Shown: positions 51,701-60,000 of the stretch, piece by piece | Layout of the letters: each line of letters begins with the position of its first letter | How positions within the stretch are numbered: the stretch's first letter is position 1 | DNA from: Lytechinus pictus | Lineage: Eukaryota | Direction of reading: 5' to 3' | Length of the DNA stretch: 60,000 nucleotides | Assembly: GCF_037042905.1 (NCBI RefSeq) | Contig: NC_087251.1 | Location: forward strand, 45,200,001 to 45,260,000 | Program-made: the position numbers and the translations under genes | The notes under the pieces: model-generated | The model's input: the letters and a program-made list of their open reading frames with translations, nothing else | Told to the model about the DNA's origin: nothing | Database searches by the model: none

Positions 51701-53881
51701 AACACTGCTTCAGTTGTGTACTGATCTGATTCGTCAGACAAATTCTTACAAGTTGCATGTACTTGTCATATGTTTTAAAAAACAATATGAAGAGGCACAT
51801 TGAGCAAACAAACACGACAGCTTTTGCTAGAATTGAAGAAACTTGTGCAATACACTAATCAGGCAACGCATCTCCTCTTTCCCAGATCTGGTAACAAAGT
51901 AATTGGCCCAAATTCACAAAGGTGGTTTTTAAAACCATCGGATGAGCCCATGGTTTATGCAGATTTCCTGTATAAATTACGCTTATTTACCGTGTATGTT
52001 CCATGTTGATGCACGCTTTTGTCACAGTGCGCCAAATTGACGCCTGTTGCCGTGGTTATCCATGCTATTTTATTCATGAGTCCGCTGTTTTGAATTAATG
52101 AGTCCACTCTTTAAACAGTGGACTCATTAATAAAATTGCGTATTTAACCATGGCAACAGGCGTCAATTTGGTGCACTGCGACAAAAATGCGCATCAGCAC
52201 TGGACAAGAGTAATACAGGAAATCTGAATAAACCACAGGCTAAACCAATGGTTTTAAAAACCACCTCTGTGAATTCGGGCCATAAAATCTTTTTACTTGC
52301 TACACTTTTTAATAGAAAACAAACAAGAAGTCATCCAAGGTGATTACTATACCTTCCAATATTTATCCAACACTGAACTCAAACATTCATTCATATCTTC
52401 TTCTGTGTGCCTATTCATGGCTTCTTAATCTTAAACTCCTTCCTTGGTTTTCAGCACAAAATATAGAATGTATAATCCTCATAACTCCTTGATAATGTTC
52501 GCCTTTGAACACAATAAATCCTAAAGATCTTCCAAGATTGAGCAGTCCCAACTGCACTGATAGCCAGAACTAACTTTTACAAAGTACTAAGACTGAGCAC
52601 AACTCTCAAAGAGTAACACAACTTGTCGTCTGGCCTGATAAGCTGTCGTAGTTTCACTTTGCGTACATGTACATGTCCACACAGATTTCATTGACTAGTG
52701 TGAGTAACTCTGCCCTATCCTATATCTCTATACACATGCCGTGGGATATCGTCTAGCCCTAGCACATGGATCACGACGAAATACATGCCTGCTTTAGCCA
52801 GTCAACGGGAAGCGGTGAGGTTCCCCTCATCCTTAGTCTCTCATACCCTAAATGAAGGGGGACATCAGGTTTTAAGCAATAATTGCTATATCCTCTAACT
52901 AAAATAAAAGTTTTTTAGGGGGCAGGAGACATCGGCTCTTCAGGAAGTGCCGCTGGATAGACATAGTTGTGTGTTATCTATCATTGGTATTAAGACACTT
53001 GACATATGGATGGGTCTTTGTAGATTGTTTGATTGGACAGAACGACATCTGTGTCTTCTCGGCAGGATATTAATGGTCCCAGCAAGGCGCACTGTTTGGA
53101 TCCGAGGTGAATGGATGTTATCATAAGATCTTCTGTTTCACGCTCGCCATGGTTCAAATATTAATAAGCATGCTCAGGCTATCAGCAGGAGACACGAAAC
53201 TACTTTCTTGGTCAGTCCTAGATACAGAAATGGCTGGGCAATCATGATCAATCTTTTAAAGAAAAGATCCCTCGTGTCTTAAATGAGAAAAGGGATCTTC
53301 CTGTCTTGTTGATACTAAAGGACTGGTTTTGTTTCTGTTGGAATAAAGATCTATCTTAAGATAATTGCTACTGTTCATAACTGAAATGCAGGCCTAAGAA
53401 AAAGGAGCATGGACACCAACCTTTGCACATTTCTATTTTCATTCCTAATTTGGGGAAGGAGTATTTTTTTATGAAAATGATATTCTAAACTCAAACTCTC
53501 TTTATTCCTACCATAGTTTCATATCAATTTGATATTAAAGACTCCTGGTATTAGTTATCAAATTATCATCAAGAAAATATGTGACCAACTCACCTTCCAC
53601 AGATTGCGGTCTACATTGTTTGGAATTCTTGGGTAACCTTGGCAACCGCTACTGCTCCCTGTCCCACTTAATTTGGAGGATGGGGAAGAACTTGACCTCT
53701 TGTGGTTGAACCAAGAATGACCTTTACCCTGTTTGGCCTGTTCCATTTCTCTGGAAGGGGTGTCTCCTTTCCTTTTCTTCTTTCTCGTCAGTCTGGGAGA
53801 TGAAGACTTTTGCTGCTTGGATCCGTTCTTTTGGGAATTAGGCGAGAGGAAGGTTTGCCAGAAATCCATTGAGGCAAACAT
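643..53881 (-). CDS. AKAP6: Multi-exon spectrin-repeat scaffold gene, AKAP6/mAKAP-like; join(53881-53594,50999-50877,42861-42634,36345-36182,30641-30479,25641-25445,24098-23921,8273-8055,3420-643), 3' end probably outside the window
   Basis: All introns are GT-AG, and donor/acceptor phases match (0,0,0,2,0,2,0,0), giving one open frame of about 1446 codons. Spectrin-type helices (..TWL..,..EW..,..DWL..,..QQW..,..RRW..) precede one huge acidic/Ser-rich exon, the AKAP6 layout as I recall it. Identity is from memory, not a database search. Confidence 0.7.
3720..3810. repeat. (CAC)n/(CAT)n microsatellite
   Basis: Visible directly. Confidence 0.9.
4281..4389. mobile_element. Small Harbinger-like MITE
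   Basis: gg..cgttgcataaaa / ttttatgcaacgagccc inverted termini. Confidence 0.65.
4655..5112. mobile_element. Partial GC-rich MITE with a poly-C terminus
   Basis: Ends gagtgc+poly-C+g, like the 35417-35907 element. Confidence 0.5.
6050..6180. mobile_element. Small Harbinger-like MITE
   Basis: aaagcttag..attgatc / gatcaattgctaagcttt inverted ends; related to the 31478-31620 and 33240-33985 elements. Confidence 0.55.
6520..6647. repeat. (CAT/CAC)n microsatellite
   Basis: Visible directly. Confidence 0.9.
7204..7799. mobile_element. Kolobok-like MITE, family B
   Basis: TTAA-AGGGGAATCCA...TGGATTCCCCT-TTAA; an inverted partial copy lies at about 35001-35200 plus 36151-36166. Confidence 0.85.
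8055..8273 (-). CDS. AKAP6: Spectrin-repeat exon (NIKDEIDHNNQSIDVVLKLCSLL...NVERRWQNI...)
   Basis: aaacag| acceptor, AAG|GTGAGG donor; the VLKLC..LL...N(V/L)ERRW motif is recalled from AKAP6 and nesprin spectrin repeats. Confidence 0.9.
10085..11650. repeat. Degenerate T-rich minisatellite (core aaaggacgagtagatt..ccatcattttctgttcat, about 60-bp spacing)
   Basis: The core motif recurs many times through the interval. Confidence 0.8.
12165..12400 (+). mobile_element. Degenerate Helentron-associated (HINE/DINE-like) fragment
   Basis: T-run start, short inverted repeat, (gtcc/gtct) microsatellite, aaaggtcaa motif. Confidence 0.45.
14129..14362. mobile_element. hAT-like MITE
   Basis: TIR CATGGCCGTATGCAG; 8-bp TSD agtcagtt/ggtcagtt. 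Confidence 0.8.
15512..15633. repeat. Near-perfect palindrome/hairpin of about 120 bp
   Basis: tgcac..actaacgttaggtctacat..tacagacagcaaattaaca pairs with tgttaatttgctgtctgta..atgtagacctgacgttagt..gtgca. Confidence 0.9.
15863..16207. mobile_element. hAT-like MITE
   Basis: TIR cattagcgtacct / aggtacgccactg; perfect 8-bp TSD CGAGCAAG at 15855-15862 and 16208-16215. Confidence 0.85.
16878..17481. mobile_element. Kolobok-like MITE, family A
   Basis: TTAA flanks; AGG..AGTCCAC termini; long internal inverted repeats; homologous copies at 33299, 47008 and 48062. Confidence 0.85.
18167..18904. repeat. piggyBac 3' tandem repeat (units of about 250-290 bp; start of the first unit displaced to 9461-9532)
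   Basis: Units restart at tctgtaac at 18169, 18418 and 18709. Confidence 0.9.
18967..20590 (-). CDS. piggyBac transposase, main exon (PGBD4-like DDD catalytic domain plus C-terminal Cys-rich domain)
   Basis: Motifs SIDERMV, KPTKFGFKLW, LYCDNFYT, MNGVDRSDQ and KWWKTLFY; C-terminal CxxC...CxxC...C...C..WH; frame is open upstream to the acceptor at 20591-20592. Confidence 0.95.
21625..21854 (-). CDS. piggyBac transposase exon 1 (acidic/Ser-rich N-terminus)
   Basis: SD-rich peptide typical of piggyBac N-termini; AC|GTAAGT donor (phase 2) joins the 20590 acceptor in frame, giving 617 aa. Confidence 0.75.
22703..23035. mobile_element. PIF/Harbinger-like MITE
   Basis: TIR GGCCCGAATTCACAAAGGTGGT; 3-bp TSD AAT. 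Confidence 0.85.
23921..24098 (-). CDS. AKAP6: Spectrin-repeat exon (SPAAC...QLRTWLTQIEGRL...LRSLQ)
   Basis: cgacag| acceptor (phase 2), CAG|GTTAGT donor. Confidence 0.88.
25075..25362 (+). mobile_element. tRNA-derived SINE inserted in a MITE (about 24947-25400)
   Basis: A box TGGTCTAGTGG at 25088, B box GGTTCGATTCC at 25132, (TAT)-rich tail, TSD ACAACTT at 25068 and 25363. Confidence 0.85.
25445..25641 (-). CDS. AKAP6: Spectrin-repeat exon (GYEQELQLRE...LNQQWLALQQHI...ANTS)
   Basis: cttgtag| acceptor, AG|GTAAT donor, 197 nt. Confidence 0.88.
30479..30641 (-). CDS. AKAP6: Spectrin-repeat exon (FSPSCTS...YNELSDWLNDM...HMCK)
   Basis: ctgcccag| acceptor (phase 2), AAG|GTAAAG donor. Confidence 0.85.
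30924..31462. mobile_element. Unclassified TIR MITE
   Basis: 26-bp inverted termini TGTC(G/A)GCTTCCCGCAAGAAGGGACTT. Confidence 0.75.
31660..32145. mobile_element. Truncated GC-rich MITE with internal gcgagctggggctaa / gtgaacg repeats
   Basis: Repeated GC-rich motifs in an AT-rich background; only one plausible terminus. Confidence 0.45.
33299..33908. mobile_element. Kolobok-like MITE, family A, nested in a small Harbinger-like MITE (about 33240-33985)
   Basis: Same termini and body as the 16878 copy; outer termini gggtcccgtaac / gttacgggacac. Confidence 0.8.
35201..36151. mobile_element. TIR element inserted in the family-B Kolobok copy
   Basis: Termini aatagaccagttcgtagtt / aactacgaactggcttatt. 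Confidence 0.7.
35417..35907. mobile_element. GC-rich MITE with poly-G/poly-C TIRs
   Basis: ccgggg..gcactc / gagtgccc..ccggg; TSD GTTGCACA at 35409 and 35908. Confidence 0.8.
36182..36345 (-). CDS. AKAP6: Linker exon (SCDDLLVEETRDAIDFMRIKLRR...SPTQSS)
   Basis: ttttgacag| acceptor, CAG|GTAAAT donor, 164 nt; bridges phase 0 to phase 2 as required. Confidence 0.8.
36604..36850. repeat. Compound (TAA)n(GAG)n(TAG)n microsatellite
   Basis: Visible directly. Confidence 0.95.
36853..37015 (+). mobile_element. Degenerate SINE fragment (same family as 59385-59640)
   Basis: Shares ctagtgccctttggta..cctcatta..ggtccc..gagaggaccttaa. Confidence 0.65.
38966..39571. mobile_element. Tc1/mariner-like MITE with TIRs of about 105 bp, inserted in a SINE 3' fragment (about 38889-39595)
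   Basis: TA-CAGTGC(A/G)TCCCAGAAAAA...-TA; flanks match the 3' part of the 25075 SINE. Confidence 0.85.
39685..40016 (-). mobile_element. 5'-truncated L2/CR1-type LINE 3' end (frameshifted ORF2 tail)
   Basis: Translates KILLL..SAPQY..YRPSRSLRSS..G/ERSFAYACPTLWNSLP, a typical L2/CR1 ORF2 C-terminus, followed by a TTA-rich tail. Confidence 0.8.
40096..40163 (-). CDS. Candidate internal alternative first exon (MLAQLRIGCMFKLKEENAILSNG)
   Basis: ATCATG start after an in-frame stop; GG|GTACGT donor, phase 2; in frame with the phase-2 acceptor at 30641 but not with the nearer 36345 acceptor. Confidence 0.3.
41308..42475 (-). mobile_element. Helentron-associated non-autonomous element (HINE/DINE-like) with an internal tandem array of about 163-bp units
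   Basis: Subterminal inverted repeat GTCTCGCCTGCAT at both ends, (GGC)n microsatellite, tgacctttgacc tandem units at about 41540, 41703, 41867, 42029 and 42221, T-rich insertion site. Confidence 0.75.
42634..42861 (-). CDS. AKAP6: Spectrin-repeat exon (AFSLEVQTHQ...GQDII...LREWNLLE...GFKG)
   Basis: ttttcag| acceptor, |GTATGT donor, 228 nt, spectrin helix B/C pattern. Confidence 0.88.
43480..43712. mobile_element. Harbinger-like MITE
   Basis: TIR GGCCC(G/A)TATTCTCAAAAGA; AAT flanks. Confidence 0.8.
44323..44798. mobile_element. PIF/Harbinger-like MITE
   Basis: TIR GGTGGTTTCA(G/A)ACCGCCTCGA; TSD TTA. Confidence 0.85.
46013..46517. mobile_element. Degenerate Kolobok-like MITE, family C
   Basis: Termini agaggaagttcaccctg / cagggcaaacttcaact-TTAA. 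Confidence 0.6.
47008..47572. mobile_element. Kolobok-like MITE, family A
   Basis: TTAA flanks, family termini. Confidence 0.85.
48062..48640. mobile_element. Kolobok-like MITE, family A (inverted relative to the 47008 copy)
   Basis: TTAA flanks, family termini. Confidence 0.85.
50877..50999 (-). CDS. AKAP6: Spectrin-repeat exon (VFNDELDQVKTWLKEA...QLERHL)
   Basis: atgcag| acceptor, |GTGAGT donor, 123 nt, helix-A Trp motif. Confidence 0.88.
51905..52281. mobile_element. PIF/Harbinger-like MITE (same family as 22703)
   Basis: Same TIRs; palindromic body. Confidence 0.85.
52353..52418 (-). CDS. Candidate alternative first coding exon (MNRHTEEDMNECLSSVLDKYWK)
   Basis: GCCATG start with an upstream in-frame stop; AAG|GTATAG donor, phase 0; ends in WK like the 53594 exon. 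Confidence 0.45.
53594..53881 (-). CDS. AKAP6: Putative first coding exon (MFASMDFWQ...RNLWK)
   Basis: ATG at 53881; AAG|GTGAGT donor at 53593; upstream acceptor tttgcag at 53989-53990, so 53988-53882 would be 5'UTR; phase 0 matches the next exon. Confidence 0.7.
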
Positions 53882-54123
53882 CTTTGCATTGTCTGGTGGT
53901 GCAGCTTCTTAAGATGATGAATCGCTGTGGTGATGGTGTAGTCTGGAAGATGTATGAAATACTCGTACAATAAAAATCAAATCAAGATCTGCAAAGAAGA
54001 GAGGAAATGCAGTAGAAATAAGTTAAATGCAAGAATGAAAAAAAAAATCAGTTTATAGACAAAACTAGGCCTAATTGAAAGTTTGGACTATATTGTATAT
54101 TACGCTTCCTTTAATTTTATATA

Positions 54124-54758
54124 AAGTTGAGGCCAGAAGTGTACATACACCCAGAAAATTAAAAGAAAAGTTGACACTTGCCAAACATCATAAAATTTAC
54201 GGTATCTCATAAAATATTTGTGCTATCATGACCAATTTGATATCAAACAAATGAGTACATGTATGTCATGCCCCTTCATCACATTGCTTTGTTATCAGGA
54301 GCTGAAAAATATTAAGGTGTCATTTTTCCCAAAAATCTTCATATTTGGGACAAATTAAAAACTTGACAAAAACATTTCATATTTGTGCTAGTAACTTTTC
54401 AACACAAACATTTCTGATAACACTTTTTTGTTCAGTTGTGACATATCATAATAGAAATGTAATATAAATCATAGATTTGACATTTATATATTTCTATGAA
54501 CCGATGTTTGAAAATATAATAACAAACAATAGAATACATTTGGCAGGAATATTACTTCTTTTCTTTAAAGAAAATTCCACCCAAAATATACTTTAATCCC
54601 AGCGGCATCCCAATCATATGTGAAAGAGCTTTATACGGTCTTTTATTTGATACCAAATTCGTCATGGTAGTATTTATATTTCTGAAGATATAGTAAATTT
54701 TACGATGTTTGGCAAGCGAACAAATTTCACTGTGTACGCAAACTTTTGGTCTCAACTG
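54124..54758. mobile_element. Degenerate Tc1-like MITE
   Basis: TA flanks; TIR CAGTTGAGACCAAAAGTTTGCGTACAC with a diverged left copy; inner inverted segment cttgccaaacatc.taaaatttac. Confidence 0.7.
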
Positions 54759-57700
54759 TACATTAAATCATGGAGGTAAAATTCTTGCTTTGATCTAGCC
54801 AGGGGAATGAGGGGATCAAAATAATGACTTCTCTTCGGTCACCTACATGTACTTTGACGTGGAAAATTCATGATGAAAAAAAAAGCATTGTAACCGACTC
54901 AATCTATAATATACCAAAACATTATACAGTGTTTAATCCACTTTTATTGATGGCAAAAGTATAGTGTACTACAATATATATTAAATGATAGCAGCAAATC
55001 ACAGTATTACACATGTTATATTCATACATGTATGTCCATCAAAATAGGTGCAACTGCACTTTGGCAGTACTGGCACCAAGCAATAAGTAATGTTCGTTTG
55101 CTTTCACAGGTAACATGCATGAAATCTGACAAGGGAGCTGGCTCAGGAGAGATTCACAATGACCAGTCAACCTGATGACAGTGAGAAGAAGTAGGAGATG
55201 GGTATATCGCCTCCAACATGGAGAGATCTCCGACTGAAGCATCGTCATTCAACAAGTAATACATTTATATTAAATGTATGTCTCTTCTTCTCTTTTACAA
55301 TGCATATTATTACTGAATGTATTCTAATAAATTTTTAACTATAAATGGGAGATAAACTGACTTGAAATAATAGTCAGAAATACATAATACACATTTATTT
55401 CAAGGATTACATATACGAACTTTGTTAAAAGGTAGGCTTAAATGGTAAAAACATTACTTTGTCAAATAGTAATGTATTATTTTGTCATGTTTTTTTTTTA
55501 TAGGTTTAGGACAATATATAATGCAATTTTGAGGATACATATATTCTACCTACATGTACACAGTAGCCTACTGTATTTCTGTAAAATAAAGACTCCAATA
55601 TCATAGTAAAACCATGGAGCTATGAACACATACCAGTACATATAGCTCCATGGTGAACTTTAGGCTATACATGTATAAATGTGAATGCGTATTCATCTTT
55701 ACATGATTCTATCCAGAGAAGAAAATATGACATGAACAAAATCAATAAACTACATACTGTACAGTCAGACCGCAAGTCCCTATGCTAATGAGCAAAAAGG
55801 CCAGATTCATCCAAATCATCTCGTGGCTAAATCCTCCTCCTTGCAAAATCTCGTGATTCGTGATATTTTTTTTCTCTAAGAATTTACATGTTTTTACCTC
55901 AAGTTAAATGAAATATTATTGCACCATCAGATAGAGTAAAAGTTACTCTTTCATATTGGTCATTTATTTTGTATACAATATTTTGTTGAATAAGTGAATT
56001 TCTGGCCTGAAAATGTGCCTCAAAACTGAATTTTCTTCCTCTGTTTTTTTTTGCAAATTGTGCAAAACTTTTTATTTTGAGCCTCAATGATATCTTTATC
56101 ACCATGAAGCTGAACTTCTGTACTTTCTCACAATGCCACTCTTGATATGCGGCACCTTTTAATGGGGGTAAAGATCACACTTTTCCCACCAAGGTACAAG
56201 ACGAGATTTCTGAAATTTTGTACTTGCATGAAATCCAGAGTTCTGATTGGCTGGATAAGGTTCACAGAACAACAGGCGCGGGGTATTTGAGGAGATTACC
56301 ACATGGGAAGTGTGACCTTTCCACGAACCCAGGCACTGGAACCATTGGAATTTGCCATTGTGTGGTCTTTTTGACCAATCAGAGTGCAGTATTCTTGTTT
56401 TCAAGCTGCTTTATGTACTTGGCAAATGAAAAGTGTGATCTTGACCCGATTAAACCAATTCTTATTTTGAAACCTATATCATTTCAAAGCATACATATTC
56501 AGCTTTATCATGATCTAAAAATCATTTGGGCTCAAACAAAAATAAAGTGTGAAAATAGCAGCTTTTGTCAGGTGAAAATATTTATTTTGTAGCATATCTT
56601 AGATCAAAATTTTAACCTATATTACAAAATCTTTGAATAAATCCAAACACATGACCTGAAAGAATGATTCTTCTTCTTTACAATGGTACCAAATTCATAA
56701 AATTCGATGCACAATTAGAGCAGCAATGACCGAATGAAAAGAGGTGTTTTGATCCGCATCAAGCTCATTAAATATGCAAAACATCTCAAGTCATGAATAT
56801 CACTTGGATGAAAGAAGCCACTTTCTTGGGACCTGCAGTACAAGTATCAAATACATATAGGAACCAAACAATCTGCATACATGTATGTATCAATGTACAA
56901 TATTGGATATACTACAAGGAACAATAGCTCACCAATTAACTAGGAAAATTTCATCATCAGTTGGTAAGAGCAAATACAACTAATCACCCGACACTCGATA
57001 GGGGTATGATGCACGGATGAACGCTTAAAATGTACAGCCTACTTTATACTGTACATGTGTACACCATCAATAATTAATTATAAAGGGATTCATTCCACAT
57101 GGACATCCATGTGCAGCTTACATGTACATGTATATGTCAGATGTTATTCGAAGGTCTACAAATTGGTTCCCTACAGAAGAACTCCACGTTTTTAATCTGC
57201 TGATCATTAAAGTCAGGAATCGATTTATGTCGATTGGCCATCATATGAGTCAGATTATATTGATTGATCCCCCTTTAGATCCACCGGTTCAATTGATGGG
57301 TTTATTTATATCCCACAAGAGATGCACCTGTCTCGCAAAAGAGTCAATGTGTGTTAATAAAAAGAAGTCAAAACCCGGTTTCTGTTTTGTTGGCAATGTC
57401 CCCGATCTCAATAGGCCTACATTACATGTACATTGCGTGAGAATGTAATATTATATATACATGTAGCTTTTATACTGTCTGAATGCACACTATTAACATA
57501 CTACTGTACATGTGCATACACATAACATGGAATATAAAGAATCCAATTTGCAATGTAAAATTGAGAAAAATCTTTATTTTACTACTCATCACGCTTTAAT
57601 ACAATAAAAAAAAATACAGATTTAACTAAAACAAAGGGTCAAGGACATATATAATAGGACAAATTGTAAAATGTATAGCTATTACAATAGACCAGAATTT

Positions 57701-59384
57701 AATGTAAAATTGATAAAAATGTTTATATTTTGTATTAGCTAAAATGAACATAACAGATTAACTATTAAAATCAGAGGGTCAAGAACATATATAGGCCTAC
57801 AGAACAATGGCATCTCGAACCTAACACCATTGCCTGAGTGTACAGCATCATCAGAAAGGCAATGTATCACTGTGTATTATCCACTTAAATATAATACCGG
57901 TGAAAGCATAACGACTATACTTCCCTCATCGTATACAGACAAGTGAACCCGAGAGATATCCCTTTAATAAAAGCACACTGCCCATCTTACAGAATACCAA
58001 TGAACCTTGCGTCTTCTGCGACCACTCTGTAAAGACACTGCCTCAGGGAACCATGACACACTTTATCAACATTAAATGGAAGAGCTATTGCCATCTCTGG
58101 TTGAAAGCACTGCAGACATGGAAATTATCAAGATTGGTGGAAGCTGGGACTTTTGAGGAGATCACACATCCTTCTCTTCCCCATCCTCATGAAAATAAAA
58201 TCGCTACATAAAACATGTGATCGTGGATCAAAATTTCATATGCATCTGGACACAAATATTACATCCGAGTAAAATATGTTTCCAGAAACAGGTCCTACAT
58301 ATACATGTAGGCCTATACACTACATGTATACTGTACAATTTAGAAAATGATCTATCATAGTATCATTTTGTTTTTATTTTAGGTACTGTACATGAATTAA
58401 GCAAAAATAGAATTACAGATTTTTTTAAGGAAAAAAAAAGCATTTCAAATGTTGTAGGTCTACATCTAGCATTGAAAAAAAGATAACAATTCTTTCCCCC
58501 CATTTCTGAGTTATTTTGAGCATTTATATGACACTAAACCGGATTACTCTGCTATAAAGTCTGCTTCATTAAAGCGGAACTAATGCGCAGCTTTTAAATA
58601 ATCTGTGTCTGTTGCAGTTAGAGAGGGAAAAAACAGACACGGTTCATAAAACTTTTTTCTGAGAAGTTCCACAAAAGGGAAAATGCAGAATTGTATACTG
58701 TACTGTTATCATGCATGCAAAAGGGAAAGACAAAATGAAATACCGGTACCTAATATGATACAGAGTGATAATGACAGGAAGGGGAATACAAAAAACTTAA
58801 TCATTTGACTATATGAAGGAGGGTAGAGTGTGGGGGGGGGGGGGGGGGAGGAGGAGGGTATTAGGGAGGTGGTTAGTGCTGCTCTGACAACCCAATTTCT
58901 TCTGACCACCAAGCCCCCTTGCCCTTCATTATCCTGTTTACAAGTGATTTCAAGAGTAAAATGTAATACGTATAAATCTACTGTATCCTATCATAATGTA
59001 GTATGATGTAGTAAATCATCGTAATCTGATACAAATCAAATTAATAATTGTTATCTATTTTTTTCGCAATTTAAATAGAGATTGCAGTAACAATAATGGT
59101 GTGCATTTATAGCGTCCACACGCCACCCCAAATTGAGCATCATAATGTACATACTTGTATAAGCTAACAATTTTGTTTTTATAAATCTACAAATTAATCT
59201 AAAATTATGTAACATATTCATACTATCATTATATTATCATATATAATTATTATATCATTTACAATATAATATTCCATTATTATTATTGTGTAATACACTT
59301 TCATGAATTCATGGGAGCAGAATAGGGAAGACTGTTTCTATACATTCATGATAGATCAAGGACTATAAAATACTCCAGACTATT

Positions 59385-59640
59385 TAAGTGATGCAATCAA
59401 GACTCGGTCGGCACAATAATAGTTGCACTCTTGTTATACCGAGGTTTTTACCTGACTGCTAAGAAAGCACGAATGCCTGTGAGCAAGCAACCAGAGGACC
59501 GACGGCTTAAGGTCCTCTCCGAGGGACCTGGTAATGAGGATAAATGCCTTACCAAAGGGCACTAGCGCACCACGTGGGAATCGAACCCGGGTCACCGGAA
59601 TCCGAAACCCCCGCTCTACCGACTGAGCTATCGCGCCTCC
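59385..59640 (-). mobile_element. tRNA-derived SINE
   Basis: A box TAGCTCAGTCGG and B box GGTTCGATTCC, followed by a non-tRNA body shared with the 36853 copy. Confidence 0.8.
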
Positions 59641-60000
59641 CATGTTCAAGATTCTCAAATAGTGCCAACTCTTTACGCCGTGGCACTGCACTGTGTGCAA
59701 ACGATTCAAATTTTGCCTGCTTTGTCAATACCAACAAACCCAGACTATTTCCTCACTGCACATGCGAGAAATAATGCTATTTGGAAATTAATGAACACAA
59801 TTTCTATTGCTGTATACTGTATTGCAAGTCAGGCTCTGACACTGCCAATCAGAAAATAAAAAGCTTATTGACAAAAACACAGAGTAACACAAATACTATC
59901 AACACGTTATTTACCATTGAAGTACCTCCACTTTATCGTTTGCAAGAAGAAAGAACTAAGTATCAGTCTGGCTCAATCTAACAAGGATAAGTAAATATTA

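Noticed and set aside
643..53881. Nesprin/SYNE identity for the host gene
   Set aside because: Only a few spectrin repeats followed by a giant acidic exon, and no CH or KASH domain in the window; AKAP6 fits better, though the 3' end is not visible
55770..56839. Possible 1-kb DNA transposon with CTGCAGGTCCC-like ends
   Set aside because: The terminal match is short and imperfect, and no TSD could be identified
59560..59640. tRNA gene (also 25080-25150)
   Set aside because: A/B boxes are followed by SINE bodies with other copies in the window, and the 25075 copy has a TSD; these are SINE heads

Overview
AT-rich animal genomic DNA; the repeat families resemble those of sea urchins or other echinoderms (inference). 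The window is mostly one intron-rich, minus-strand gene encoding a spectrin-repeat protein followed by a very large acidic, low-complexity exon, best matching AKAP6/mAKAP. Nine phase-consistent GT-AG exons run from 53881 to 643 (about 1446 codons); the gene probably continues left of the window, and there are candidate alternative first exons. The introns hold many DNA-transposon MITEs (Kolobok-, Harbinger-, hAT- and Tc1-like), tRNA-derived SINEs, an L2/CR1 tail and Helentron-like elements. The most notable structure is in the intron between the exons at 23921 and 8273. A TTAA-flanked piggyBac (8573-22181) carries an intact, apparently spliced two-exon DDD transposase in the same orientation as the host gene. 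An 8.6-kb TA-flanked element with perfect 25-bp TIRs (9533-18164) is inserted in its 3' tandem repeat; this inner element has no transposase but carries cargo-like DNA (older MITEs, a minisatellite, a long hairpin, promoter- and exon-like segments).
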